A DNA stretch of 64,000 bases from Octopus sinensis (GCF_006345805.1 NC_043007.1:29574001-29638000); one strand, 5' to 3'. Counted from the stretch's first letter, positions 29,497-42,964 are shown. Translations and numbers: made by a program. Notes: generated by a model from the sequence alone, not told the origin.

Positions 29497-29532
<36 letters not shown>

Positions 29533-29564
29533 GCGTGTGTGTATACATATATATTCTTTTATTC

Positions 29565-29995
29565 TTTTACTTGTTTCAGTCATAAGACTGCGGCGATGCT
29601 GGAGCACCGCCTGTAGTCGAGCAACTCGACCTCAGGACTTATTCTTTGTAGCTTAGTACTTATTCTATTGGTCTCTTTTGCCGAACTGCTACGCTACGGA
29701 GACGTAAACACTCCAGCATAGGTTGTCAAGCGATGGTGGGGGAACAAACACAGACACACAAGCATATACACACACATACATACATTCACACACACATACA
29801 CACACAACATATATATATAATATATATATACGACGGGCTTCTTTCAATTTCCGTCCACCAAATCCACTGGGAAGGCTTTGGTTAGCCCGAGGCTATAGTA
29901 GAAAACACTTGCTCAAGGTGCCACTCAGTGATACTGAACCCGGAAACATGTGGTTGGTAATCAAGCTACTTACCATACAGCCGCTCCAGCGCCTG
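29565..29995 (-). mobile_element. SINE family B, near full length
   Basis: Runs from cttgtttcagtcat...actgcggcgatgctggagcaccgcc to gaacccggaaacatgtggttgg. Confidence 0.85.
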
Positions 29996-30415
29996 TATAT
30001 ATATATGTATATATCCACACACACACACACGTATAGCTATATATATATATATGCCGTGATGGCGTCAGCCCTCCTGGTGACGTTGATGATCGCCTGGGGC
30101 TAAATGCATCAGTAACACCCCCACCGCCCTGCCCTGTCCCTAGCCACATTCGGATGGCTAACGTCCCTTATGTTATGGAGCAGTTACTGTCTATACCTCG
30201 TTTAGAGAATTATTATTGCTGTCGAACAGATTTTCTACATCAGTAAATGTATTTACTGTGAAAATCTTTATATAGATAGCCTGCACAGAGAGTCGTTCGT
30301 CGAGGGGCGCAGCCTGCCATACGTTGATAATAGGCAAACACCTTGAAACCTGGGTCCGTATGTGGCATCCGCTTCTTCGGGGAATGTATGTATGTATGTA
30401 TGTATGTGTGCATGT

Positions 30416-30453
<38 letters not shown>

Positions 30454-30641
30454 TGAGGCAGACAGCCAGACAAACTGAGACAGAGAGACAGAGATATATA
30501 CATCTGTCAGTCTCCCTTTCTCTCCCTCTGTCACTCTATCTGTCCATGTGTCTGTCTGTCTGTCCGTATATCTAATTATTTATACGTCTTTCAATGTGTG
30601 ATCAAGAAATGTGTTCATCAAACTTCACAGTTGAATTAATA

Positions 30642-30697
<56 letters not shown>

Positions 30698-31019
30698 TGT
30701 TGGCGTGACCGTTCAGGGAACATGTGGAGCTGCCTCTGCCCCAAGTGTAGGCCCACTTACCAATATCTTCTTTTCACTAAACGCACAATGGAACGAAGTT
30801 CTTGCGATGTGTCAAAAACTTTATTACACATATTCGTTCGACGAAGTGTTTATTCACTAAGCTAAGGATGGTCTGACGCACACGAGTTTTGATGCCGAAG
30901 GAGAAGAGGGGTATGAGCTACAAGAGGCAAGATCTTCATGTAGAGATAATACTCATGGTCCCTTAACAATCACTTAGAGGTAGAAGTAACGTCTGACGAC
31001 CCTCAAGAACAACCACACG

Positions 31020-31110
31020 TGCAGAAGTATGTGAACAAGAAAGACAATTCTATCAGGAACAGATTCAACGACCATAAGTTTTCCTTAAATATCCAAGAAA
31101 GTCTTAACGT
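31020..31110 (+). pseudogene. Possible highly decayed GIY-YIG (PLE) fragment
   Basis: QKYVNKKDNSIRNRFNDHK resembles the YVG.T...R.RF..H motif; support is short. Confidence 0.25.
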
Positions 31111-31960
31111 CAGAGCCTTAGGCTTGTATGATCGTTAAAGGAAAGCATCGCAGAATACAACTTCGAGTGGAAAAGTGCAAGCAGTGTTTCAATAGCAACA
31201 AAAATGCGGATTATGGTTACCCGATAAACAATCATATTAAAAAATTCTCAGCATCCGGACATCTATCTACACTGCCAGAACGAAATTTTCAGTCCCTGCT
31301 CACATGAGAGAAGATTATACATTTTGTTGCCTCCGAGTCCTACCATGGTTATGGTCAATAGGCTCTCCACTTTCGGTTCCCCGACCATCTCAACTTGAGA
31401 ACCCAGCAAAGTTTTAGCCAAAATACGCACAAATGAACACATGCGCATAATGAACACATAAACTTGCATTAATCTCACCTCCTCCGAAAAGAATCTCATC
31501 CATACACCAACCCTGCACACACACCACTCCCTTCACTCCTCTGCATATATTTTCACCCACCAGACTCTTCATGCTTCACAGCCATCTCAGATATTTCGGG
31601 TCAAATTCCTTGGTAAATCTTCCGATGATTTCTTTTTTGCAATTTTGTTTCGTATTTTTTCACATCATCCACAAACAGGATGTAATGTTTTTTTCGCTTA
31701 CAATAATTATTTTTTACATGCCGGTTATCTCTGAAGAGCACATGATATTTGTTAACCACCTAATTATTTAATATCCAGTATGAAACAGTTTAGTTGGAAA
31801 AGCTGAAACGGATCTACAATACTGTATACTTTGATTTATATATGTGTGTGAGTGTGTTTGTGTGTCCGCGCGCGCGCATGTATATATTTATATATATAGA
31901 TAGGGAGAGAGAGAAAAAAAACATATATACATATTTTTAAGTATATATATATATATCTTT

Positions 31961-32031
<71 letters not shown>

Positions 32032-32639
32032 ATATAGAACATTCAACTGTAAGAAGGGAGTCAGCTGTTGCTCCAGCATTGCCTGTGTCTTCTTGACTAA
32101 AATGCATCAAAGAACGCATACATGTTCATATACACACATTCGCATACGCGCACCTACACACGCACTTACACACACACACAATGATTTCATGAACCAATCT
32201 AATTGAATTAACTTCTATAAAGATGAGAAGGAACGATAGAGTAGGGAGGAGGGGAGAGAGTGATAGTGAGAGAGATAAAAATAGAGAAAGCTAGCTAGAG
32301 AGAGAGAGGGGGGAGAGACAGAGTGAGAGTTAGTTTGAGAGAGAAACACAGAAACAAACGAACTGGCGGGACTTCTGATTTAACTTTGTTACTATGGCAA
32401 CAACACAGCTTGTTTTCCGTGAAATTAAAACATATTCATAGCACACCTCCTCCTACCAACACCTGCAACAATGGGATGGTCATGGTAGGAAAACATTTGA
32501 TCAATGGTTGGCACCAAGATTATGTTGTTCATAAAAGGAACGCTTCCAGAACTTTCCCGACTGGAGAGCCACGGGAAGCCGCTCGGTCAGCCACTCTTTT
32601 CGACTCACACCTCCACAAATCATACAGACAGATAACGTC

Positions 32640-32805
32640 ATACATATACACGCATACACACACATACACGCATACACACACATACACGTATACACTCACA
32701 TACACGTATACACACATACACGTATACACACACATACACGCATACACACACATACACGCATACACACACATACACGCATACACACACATACACGCATACA
32801 CACTC
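32640..32805. repeat. 18-bp-period CA-rich compound repeat (tacacacacatacacgca)
   Basis: Gives the repeated HAYTHI translation in the ORF track. Confidence 0.85.
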
Positions 32806-33121
32806 ATAGATTCTTCCACTATTCGCCAGAACGCAACCCATTCCAACCGTTTGAAAAATCATCTGGAAAACCTGGCGCCAAACCAGCAACAAAACAACAG
32901 CAAACGTCAACTTGCATCCACCAAGACCCGTCTTCTTAACAATAACACCAGAAAATATCAAATGTAACCAACAATCACCTCATTCAATTAATGACATCAT
33001 CATCATCGTCATCATTAACAACAACGTCATTATGAATGGCAACATTAACAACCAACTCGTTACTAATGACACCAAAAAACAAGGAAACCCTCACTCAACA
33101 TCATAAATATAACAGACACAC

Positions 33122-33340
33122 AAGGCGGCGAGGAGCTGGCAGAAACGTCAGAACGCAGGGCGAAATGCTTAGCGGTATTTCGTCTGCCGCTACGTTCTGA
33201 GGTCCACTTTGCCTTCCATCCTTTCGGGGTCGATAAATAAAGTACTAGTTACGCACTGGGATCGATGTAATCGACTTAATCCGTTTGTCTATCCTTGTTT
33301 GTCCTCTCTGTGTTTAGCCCCTTGTGGGTAGTAAAGAAAA
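33122..33340 (+). mobile_element. SINE family A copy (tRNA-derived type)
   Basis: aggcggcg..gagctggcagaaacgt...cgaaatgcttagcggtatttcg...tcggggtcgataaa...gggtagtaaagaaa. Confidence 0.85.
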
Positions 33341-34412
33341 AAAAATATAACACACACCTACACTCACACACACTTACACACACACACTCACACACACGCA
33401 CTCACATAAACACACAGGTGTCAAAAATACGAGCAATTGCCTACAAAATTCACCGACGCCATTGTCAGCATACAGAGGAGACGGTAAGCATCAACACAAC
33501 CCAAAAGCACTTTTGCTACTTATGAATCTGCCATTGTCTAATATTGGAGATCTTCAGAGAATTTATTTAAATAAAACAGCCAAGTGTGCCCTACGTTAAA
33601 TATATCTCACTTAATCTAACACAAACTAAAATTAATATAAAAGCGATATCCTTAGAGAGGAGGGAAATAATTTGATTAACGATTAATTCTGCTCAAGAAA
33701 GGCAAGGGAGGCTACTTCGGCATACAATTAATTTTCAGTGTGATTTACTTACTGCACTCAATATTTGAAGTGGAACAAACGAATGACATATTCAATACAC
33801 ATGGGAAGAAAATATATATTTGCATAAATTTGATAATTCACTTGGTTGCTACTCGGAGGTTACAGGTGTTGCTTTTCACTGGATGTGTCGACATACAGCA
33901 ACGTCGACATACAGCAACGTACACCCACCCACCCACACCCACCCACACAGACACACATACACACACACACGCTCTCGTTCATGCACACACGTACACACCA
34001 TACACACACACATACACAAATGACATTTCACTATATTCATTTCCTACCTTCGTTTTAATTATGCAATATCGTTGCACCTGTGCGCAACGGTATAGCATCA
34101 TATTATCTGAGACTCGGTAACGTCATCAAACATGAAGGATATTTCGAATGGCAGCTTTTATAATGGAGAAGAAACGACAAGAGACAAAGCAGCAGCTTAG
34201 ACAAGGTAGGAAGCACTTAATAGATATCGGGTTTCGTGAGTTTTGATTATACACCAACCTGATCAAACAAAGAAGGAAGAAATAAAGAGAGCAACAGAAT
34301 GAACAGAGGAGGAGGAGGAGTGAATGTGTGCCATTACACTAACCACAAACAATATCTTCTTACAATCATACGATGAAAACAAATACAGATGTATCGACAT
34401 CTATCTACCCAC

Positions 34413-34458
<46 letters not shown>

Positions 34459-34460
34459 AA

Positions 34461-34588
34461 TATTTTTAGTTTGGTTTAATCAGCCTCTTGCTAGTTTGCA
34501 TTTTAGCGCATAAGTCACGACTTGCCTGAAGATCCTGTGCACCTTCAGGTAAAACTCAAAATAGCAAGAGACTGACTCGACTAAAATA
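34461..34588. repeat. Small imperfect hairpin (MITE-like remnant)
   Basis: cagcctcttgcta pairs with tagcaagagactg; an inner cctgaag/cttcagg stem and outer tatttt..agt/actaaaata pairing are also present. Confidence 0.55.
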
Positions 34589-34662
34589 AAATATACTATT
34601 AATCTCTACTATGGTATTGAGTACTCTTTTTCCGACAGTCAACACTAAACGGATATATATAT

Positions 34663-34719
<57 letters not shown>

Positions 34720-34948
34720 ATTATCTTGCAGATGTTTACGTATCCATATACGTAATAATTAACATGTGAAACTAATTAGTACATAGGTAATCGTTTTTTA
34801 TTTCGTATATTTTCATTTGTCTTGCTTATTTTTACACTTTCGTTTTTTGCTGAATTTTTTCTTGAGAACATATTCTTCGTGGAAAATGGCGATTTTGACG
34901 TCTATAACTAGCATACAGGCTGCCCACTTTTAGTGGTCAATCCTCTAA

Positions 34949-34983
<35 letters not shown>

Positions 34984-35204
34984 CAATATAGGGTGGCAAA
35001 AAATTTTTTTGTAGAATTTTTTTGCCACCAGCGGCCTAGTGGGAAAAAATTAAATAGTCATAGACCCTTTTTAAGTTCAACATCACAATCAAGGAACGGC
35101 CATAATAGGCCATTCACCCACTAGAAATAGCAGCCAAAAGCTTTAACCGCAAAATAACATCAATTCCGTAAACCAGGAGAAAATTAAAAAACATTTACCC
35201 TGTA

Positions 35205-35311
35205 ATTTCTTATACGATGCACCGTTTCATCTACTGTTTAATGGTAAACTAACCTGATTAAATTAAATCAAGCCAATCTACCATAGGCCCTTAGATTCAT
35301 CAGTAAGAAAT
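35205..35311 (-). ncRNA. Type I hammerhead ribozyme (inverted unit)
   Basis: Minus strand: ATTTCTTA-CTGATGA-ATCTA...TAGAT-GAAACGG-tgca-TCGTA-TAAGAAAT. Predicted cleavage lies between 35213 and 35212. Confidence 0.88.
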
Positions 35312-35548
35312 AGCCAAGTCGGAACAGATATTTTTCACGAGGCATTCCCGTCCCTGCCTCGGCAATATCTGACCTAAAATTTTCAAATCATCGCACTCGC
35401 GCCAAATTTATCGGCAGCAAATAAATATAAGCCGCCGATTCCATTACCGATAAATTTGGCGCGAGTGCGATGATTTGAAAATTTTAGGTCAGATATTGCC
35501 GAGGCAGGGACGGGAATGCCTCGTGAAAAATATTGTTCCGACTTGGCT

Positions 35549-35655
35549 ATTTCTTACTGATGAATCTAAGGGCCTATGGTAGATTGGCTTGATTTAATTT
35601 AATCAGGTTAGTTTACCATTAAACAGTAGATGAAACGGTGCATCGTATAAGAAAT
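35549..35655 (+). ncRNA. Type I hammerhead ribozyme, copy 1
   Basis: Stem I is ATTTCTTA/TAAGAAAT (8 bp); the core CTGATGA is at 35557-35563; stem II is ATCTA/TAGAT with a long hairpin insert; GAAA follows; stem III is ACGG/TCGT with loop TGCA; the GUA triplet ends at 35647. Confidence 0.88.
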
Positions 35656-36038
35656 TACAGGGTAAATGTTTTTTAATTTTCTCCTGGTTTACGGAATTGA
35701 TGTTATTTTGCGGTTAAAGCTTTTGGCTGCTATTTCTAGTGGGTGAATGGCCTATTATGGCCGTTCCTTGATTGTGATGTTGAACTTAAAAAGGGTCTAT
35801 GACTATTTAATTTTTTCCCACTAGGCCGCTGGTGGCAAAAAAATTCTACAAAAATTTTTTGCCACCCTATATTGATTAATTATGAATTTTCTGGTTAATT
35901 CCGTAATGGAATCGGCGGCTTATATTTATTTGCTGCCGATAAATTTGGCGCGAGTGCGATGATTTGAAAATTTTAGGTCAGATATTGCCGAGGCAGGGAC
36001 GGGAATGCCTCGTGAAAAATATCTGTTCCGACTTGGCT

Positions 36039-36144
36039 ATTTCTTACTGATGAATCTAAGGGCCTATGGTAGATTGGCTTGATTTAATTTAATCAGTTAG
36101 TTTACCATTAAACAGTAGATGAAACGGTGCATCGTATAAGAAAT
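36039..36144 (+). ncRNA. Type I hammerhead ribozyme, copy 2
   Basis: Same as copy 1 with one G missing in the stem II insert; GUA ends at 36136. Confidence 0.88.
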
Positions 36145-36528
36145 TACAGGGTAAATGTTTTTTAATTTTCTCCTGGTTTACGGAATTGATGTTATTTTGC
36201 GGTTAAAGCTTTTGGCTGCTATTTCTAGTGCGTGAATGGCCTATTATGGCCGTTCCTTGATTGTGATGTTGAACTTAAAAAGGGTCTATGACTATTTAAT
36301 TTTTTCCCACTAGGCCGCTGGTGGCAAAAAAATTCTACAAAAAATTTCTTGCCACCCTATATTGATTAATTATGAATTTTCTGGTTAATTCCGTAATGGA
36401 ATCGGCGGCTTATATTTATTTGCTGCCGATAAATTTGGCGCGAGTGCGATGATTTGAAAATTTTAGGTCAGATATTGCCGAGGCAGGGACGGGAATGCCT
36501 CGTGAAAAATATTTGTTCCGACTTGGCT

Positions 36529-36635
36529 ATTTCTTACTGATGAATCTAAGGGCCTATGGTAGATTGGCTTGATTTAATTTAATCAGGTTAGTTTACCATT
36601 AAACAGTAGATGAAACGGTGCATCGTATAAGAAAT
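36529..36635 (+). ncRNA. Type I hammerhead ribozyme, copy 3
   Basis: Same as copy 1; GUA ends at 36627. Confidence 0.88.
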
Positions 36636-37013
36636 TACAGGGTAATGTTTTTTAATTTTCTCCTGGTTTACGGAATTGATGTTATTTTGCGGTTAAAGCT
36701 TTTGGCTGCTATTTCTAGTGGGTGAATGGCCTATTATGCCGTTCCTTGATTGTGATGTGAACTTAAAAAGGGTCTATGACTATTTAATTTTTTCCCACTA
36801 GGCCGCTGGTGGCAAAAAATTCTACAAAAATTTTTTGCCACCCTATATTGATTAATTATGAATTTTCTGGTTAATTCCGTAATGGAATCGGCGGCTTATA
36901 TTTATTTGCTGCCGATAAATTTGGCGCGAGTGCGATGATTTGAAAATTTTAGGTCAGATATTGCCGAGGCAGGACGGGAATGCCTCGTGAAAAATATCTG
37001 TTCCGACTTGGCT

Positions 37014-37120
37014 ATTTCTTACTGATGAATCTAAGGGCCTATGGTGGATTGGCTTGATTTAATTTAATCAGGTTAGTTTACCATTAAACAGTAGATGAAA
37101 CGGTGCATCGTATAAGAAAT
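37014..37120 (+). ncRNA. Type I hammerhead ribozyme, copy 4
   Basis: Same as copy 1 with one A>G in the stem II insert (atggtggatt); GUA ends at 37112. Confidence 0.88.
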
Positions 37121-37497
37121 TACAGGGTAAATGTTTTTTAATTTTCTCCTGGTTTACGGAATTGATGTTATTTTGCGGTTTAAGCTTTTTGCTATTTCTA
37201 GTGGGTGAATGGCCTATTATGGCCGTTCCTTGATTGTGATGTTGAACTTAAAAGGGTTCTATGACTATTTAATTTTTTCCCACTAGGCCGCTGGTGGCAA
37301 AAAATTCTACAAAAATTTCTTGCCACCCTATATTGATTATTATGAATTTTCTGGTTAATTCCGTAATGGAATCGGCGGCTTATATTTATTTGCTGCCGAT
37401 AAATTTGGCGCGAGTGCGATGATTTGAAAATTTTAGGTCAGATATTGCTGAGGCAGGGACGGGAATGCCTCGTGAAAAATATTGTTCCGACTTGGCT

Positions 37498-37604
37498 ATT
37501 TCTTACTGATGAATCTAAGGGCCTATGGTAGATTGGCTTGATTTAATTTAATCAGGTTAGTTTACCATTAAACAGTAGATGAAACGGTGCATCGTATAAG
37601 AAAT
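37498..37604 (+). ncRNA. Type I hammerhead ribozyme, copy 5
   Basis: Same as copy 1; GUA ends at 37596. Confidence 0.88.
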
Positions 37605-37749
37605 TACAGGGTAAATGTTTTTTAATTTTCTCCTGGTTTACGGAATTGATGTTATTTTGCGGTTAAAGCTTTTGGCTGCTATTTCTAGTGGGTGAATGGC
37701 CTATTATGGCCGTTCCTTGATTGTGATATATATATATATAATATATATA

Positions 37750-38086
37750 TATGCACTGGTCCTGTGCTTGTTCTCACTTCGTGAACAATTTCCTGGATTA
37801 TTTCCTGATCATTCACGGAAGCTGCTCAATCGACGACTCCTTTCTTCGACTTGCAGGTCGCCTGCCTCAACGTGCCTCGCTCTTCAACGAAGCAGTTGCA
37901 TCATTCCTGTATCTGAGTTTTTCCCATGGCATCATCGCCAATCGCCAATCGCCTGCTCAATCATCCTAATAAACTTTTGGCAAAATATACTCGCATGCAT
38001 AGGTGGTCGCCCAAAGGATTTTGTCCACACTCCATTAGTTTTGGCAGGTAAAAATAAAACCGGATACCTTTTGCACGCACCTCGTA
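37750..38086 (-). mobile_element. Mariner-like transposon 5' remnant
   Basis: The minus strand begins TACGAGGTG (mariner-type TIR start). Translation includes IRMIEQAIGD..AMGKTQIQE, followed by an RP..S-like segment. Confidence 0.55.
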
Positions 38087-38154
38087 CATACATACATACA
38101 CACACACACACACATACACACATAAATATAAATATAAATATATATATATATATT

Positions 38155-38237
38155 AGATCGACCTCAGTACATAACTGGTACTTAATTTATCGACCTCGAA
38201 AGGATGAAAGGCAAAGTCGACCTCGGCGGAATTTGAA
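38155..38237 (-). mobile_element. SINE family A fragment
   Basis: ctggtacttaatttatcgacctcgaaaggatgaaaggcaaagtcgacctcggcggaatttgaac. Confidence 0.8.
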
Positions 38238-38745
38238 CAGTTGTGAAGGAAACATAGAAAACGTTGAAGATTAAGAAACGAAAACGGAAAATGAAAAGTA
38301 AAAATTAAAAAGTAAAAAAGGCAAAAGAGTTATCCTCTTCAGTCCTTAAATTATAAGGCTGGAAAGATATCAACAAATTAGTCAGGAATAGGCGGGGTTA
38401 TACGGTTATATGGTTATATGTGTGCGTGCGCGTGCGTGTGTGCGTGTGTGCGTATGTATGCATAGTTGATATAGAGGAGATCCTATTCAGATCTATAACA
38501 TCTAACACACTACTGAACTCTAGTTATGAAATTTTCAGTGGTTGCAAACATATGTCTAAATACATTTTGAAGTACTGGATAATTCTACCTATTCCTGACT
38601 AACTTATATTCCTGACTAGCCTTATAATTAAAGGACTAAGGAGGATAACTATTTTACCCTTTTTACTTTTTAATTTTTACTTTTCGTTTTCCGTTTTCGT
38701 TTTTTAACCTTCAACATTTTCTATATGCTTCCTTCACAACTGTTC
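38235..38745. repeat. Inverted-repeat (foldback/MITE-like) element, arms about 38235-38392 and 38588-38745
   Basis: gaacagttgtgaagga mirrors ccttcacaactgttc, and ttagtcaggaatagg mirrors cctattcctgactaa. Confidence 0.8.
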
Positions 38746-39018
38746 GCGTTTCTTCTGTAATTCAATTTTTTGTTCGCTATGATATGTAGTTTGTGCCTGA
38801 TGAATATGTTTCAGGTATTTCTCAACATATGAAACTATTAGTAACATTTAAAAACATGTATTGTGTTTATAAAATATTTATCTCACCAAATGGAGTATTT
38901 TTTTGTGAATCTTACCTTCACGGAACAGTACAATGTATGTGTATGTATATATTTATATGCAGAGAGCTACTTAACTAGCTAACTAGTTCGTTCGTTCTTT
39001 AGCTAGATAGATAGACGG

Positions 39019-39075
<57 letters not shown>

Positions 39076-39307
39076 CGTATATATATACATACATACGTAT
39101 ATATATATATATATATATACATACATATATATATGTATATAGAAAGAGAGAGGCAGAGATAGATTGATAGATGGATGAATAGATGTTACAGTCGCATGTC
39201 CAAACGCAAATACAAAGATAAATTCACACACACACACATATGATACATAATATAGGTGTATGTATATATATATATATATATATATTATATATGTCAATAT
39301 ATATGAA

Positions 39308-39342
<35 letters not shown>

Positions 39343-39679
39343 ACATATATGAATATATATACACACACGCACTCACACACACACGTATATATATCTTTTA
39401 TATGTGTATGTGTATGTGTGTGTATGTGTGTGTGTGTGTGTACGTATAGCTGCATTTAAGCGGATGCATGTGTCTTCTCTCCATGGCTGTGTCTGAATGT
39501 CAGCGCGTAGGTCTACGACGAAGCGAAAGACGAGACTTTATTTCGGTCATTTAATCTCTCTGTGGAAGCTTTCGTCATGTAAAGAGGCATTTCCTTGGTT
39601 AAGATCCAAGCTGAAGCTGCGTGTGCGCCAGTTGTTAAGACTTGCTTGGCGTCACAGTTGCCATTGGCAACACTAGATC

Positions 39680-41180
<1,501 letters not shown>

Positions 41181-41820
41181 ATCATCATTATTTGCTTGAA
41201 AGGCATATCGGCTACGGTAAGTACTTAATTCACCTCCTACACAAAAGAGTGGAATGAAACCAGTGTTTATGGAATGCCTGTATTGGTATTATCATCATCA
41301 TCATCATCATTATTATTATTATTATTATTGTTGTTGTTGTTGTTGTTGTTGTTGTTATAGTACAGTTACAAAACAGAGTGGTCACGTCCTGGCTGTGTTA
41401 AGTGTAAACTCTCTCTCTCTATATAAATAGAAATAACTGGATGGCTATTCTAGTAGACGAAAGAACTGACACAATGAGATGACGGCCGACTGTCATCCTC
41501 AGCTACTTTTAGTAATTATTGGCGGCGCTTCCTTCTTTTATTTTGACATTGCTTAAGCTTAATATTAGATTTACGACCGTTTTAAAACTAATGTATGCAT
41601 AATCACATTAAAAGACGCGTACGTATGAGTGTGTGTGTATGTGTGTGTGTGTGTGTGTTTAGAATAATACATAGATGTGTATCAATGAGTTTGTATACAC
41701 ATATATAGACACATGCATATATTTATATTTATATACATACATACACACATATGTATAGGTATTAATACTTCTACGCATTATGCGTGTATGGGTGTGTATA
41801 TATATGCACACAAAATTGTG

Positions 41821-41860
<40 letters not shown>

Positions 41861-42964
41861 CAATGTTTTAATCCATAGCAAACTAGCAAACATTTTCTTT
41901 TGTACTTCGTTTGTGAAGTACCATTAAGCAATATGCAGAATCCGTTAGTCTTCAAGAAACGCTGAAAAGTCACTGCAAGAAAATCGGCAAATCAACACGA
42001 AATCGACACAAATTGTGTCGCCGAACAAACTGTAGAAAGTTCCCAGAAATCTAATTTCAAACGAGGCTTGAATGAAATTTTTCAAGGAATGATAACGAGC
42101 ACTTGACAGCTAGTTTCTTGATATTGGCTTCCATTCCAAGACATTCGACTGACAAATGCAGTTGAGGTTTGACTGAATCGTGTCAACAATTGAACTTGGT
42201 TTTAATGTTCTGCAAAAATACTTGAAATATTAGCGCGAAACCTTTTTAATCGACGCTCTTTATGTTTGTTCAATGGTTTAGATTAATTGTAAGATTAATC
42301 ATTAATAATTACTTTGTGAGACATGTGGAAGAAATGGGAGTCGGATTAAATACCTCAAAGTATTTAATTATAATTAATTACCTCACAGTATTTAATTATA
42401 ATTAATTACGTACGTTCTGAATTCAAAATCTGCCGTGATTGTCATTAAATTTCATTTCGCTAATTTCGATGAAATAGCTGTGTGGTTCGCTTTGTAGTTT
42501 GTCAAACTGTAAAGCGGAAGTTTTTTTAGCCAATTCCTGTATACTAATAGCGTATATTCCAAACACCACGGAGGTATCAAATACAAAGCTACTTACGGTG
42601 AGTTTCGAACTCATGATGTACTGGATGGTACGTGAAAGACTTAGTCCCAGACCTTTCACCTTCTGGCAACTGATTAGACATGTATTCTTTCTACTACTAT
42701 TTTGAATTACATTCAAATCTAATATATCTGCACTCATGTGGCACCTTCTGGCTATTTCCGTTACTCGCCCTCTCACATCATGTGGCAAGATTAGAAATTT
42801 GAATTTAAAATTAATTAATACGAGGAAGGCGATGTATATTTTAATTTATTGTGAAGTTGTTACAATTTTTTGTCGGTTATAATCATGTATAGTACTATTT
42901 TATTCATTTTAGAAATCTTCAGCATTATTTAACTGGTAACTAATTAAATAAATATATTACGAAG

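Larger units (their letters stand above)
34981..37727. repeat. Hammerhead-ribozyme tandem array (retrozyme-like / non-autonomous PLE): one inverted unit plus ~4.7 direct units of 484-491 bp
   Basis: 34981-35447 is the reverse complement of the unit, and 35447-37727 are direct near-identical repeats. Each unit contains a complete type I HHR, there is no ORF in the track, and (TA)n flanks both ends. Confidence 0.93.

Noticed and set aside
34981-37727. CRISPR-like or rDNA/tRNA tandem array interpretation
   Set aside because: Units are ~490 bp and near identical with no unique spacers, there are no cas genes, and no rRNA or tRNA signature was seen.
36000-37727. Unit-to-unit differences as evidence of RNA editing or evolution
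   Set aside because: Most are 1-nt indels in homopolymers, typical of long-read consensus error; the few substitutions (e.g. A>G at 37046) are insufficient.
42351-42406. 28-bp tandem duplication
   Set aside because: AT-rich local slippage with no associated element ends.
42530-42605. Possible micro-exon (tttttttAG ... cgGTGAGT)
   Set aside because: There is one short open frame with no recognisable protein similarity, and such splice-like motifs are common by chance.
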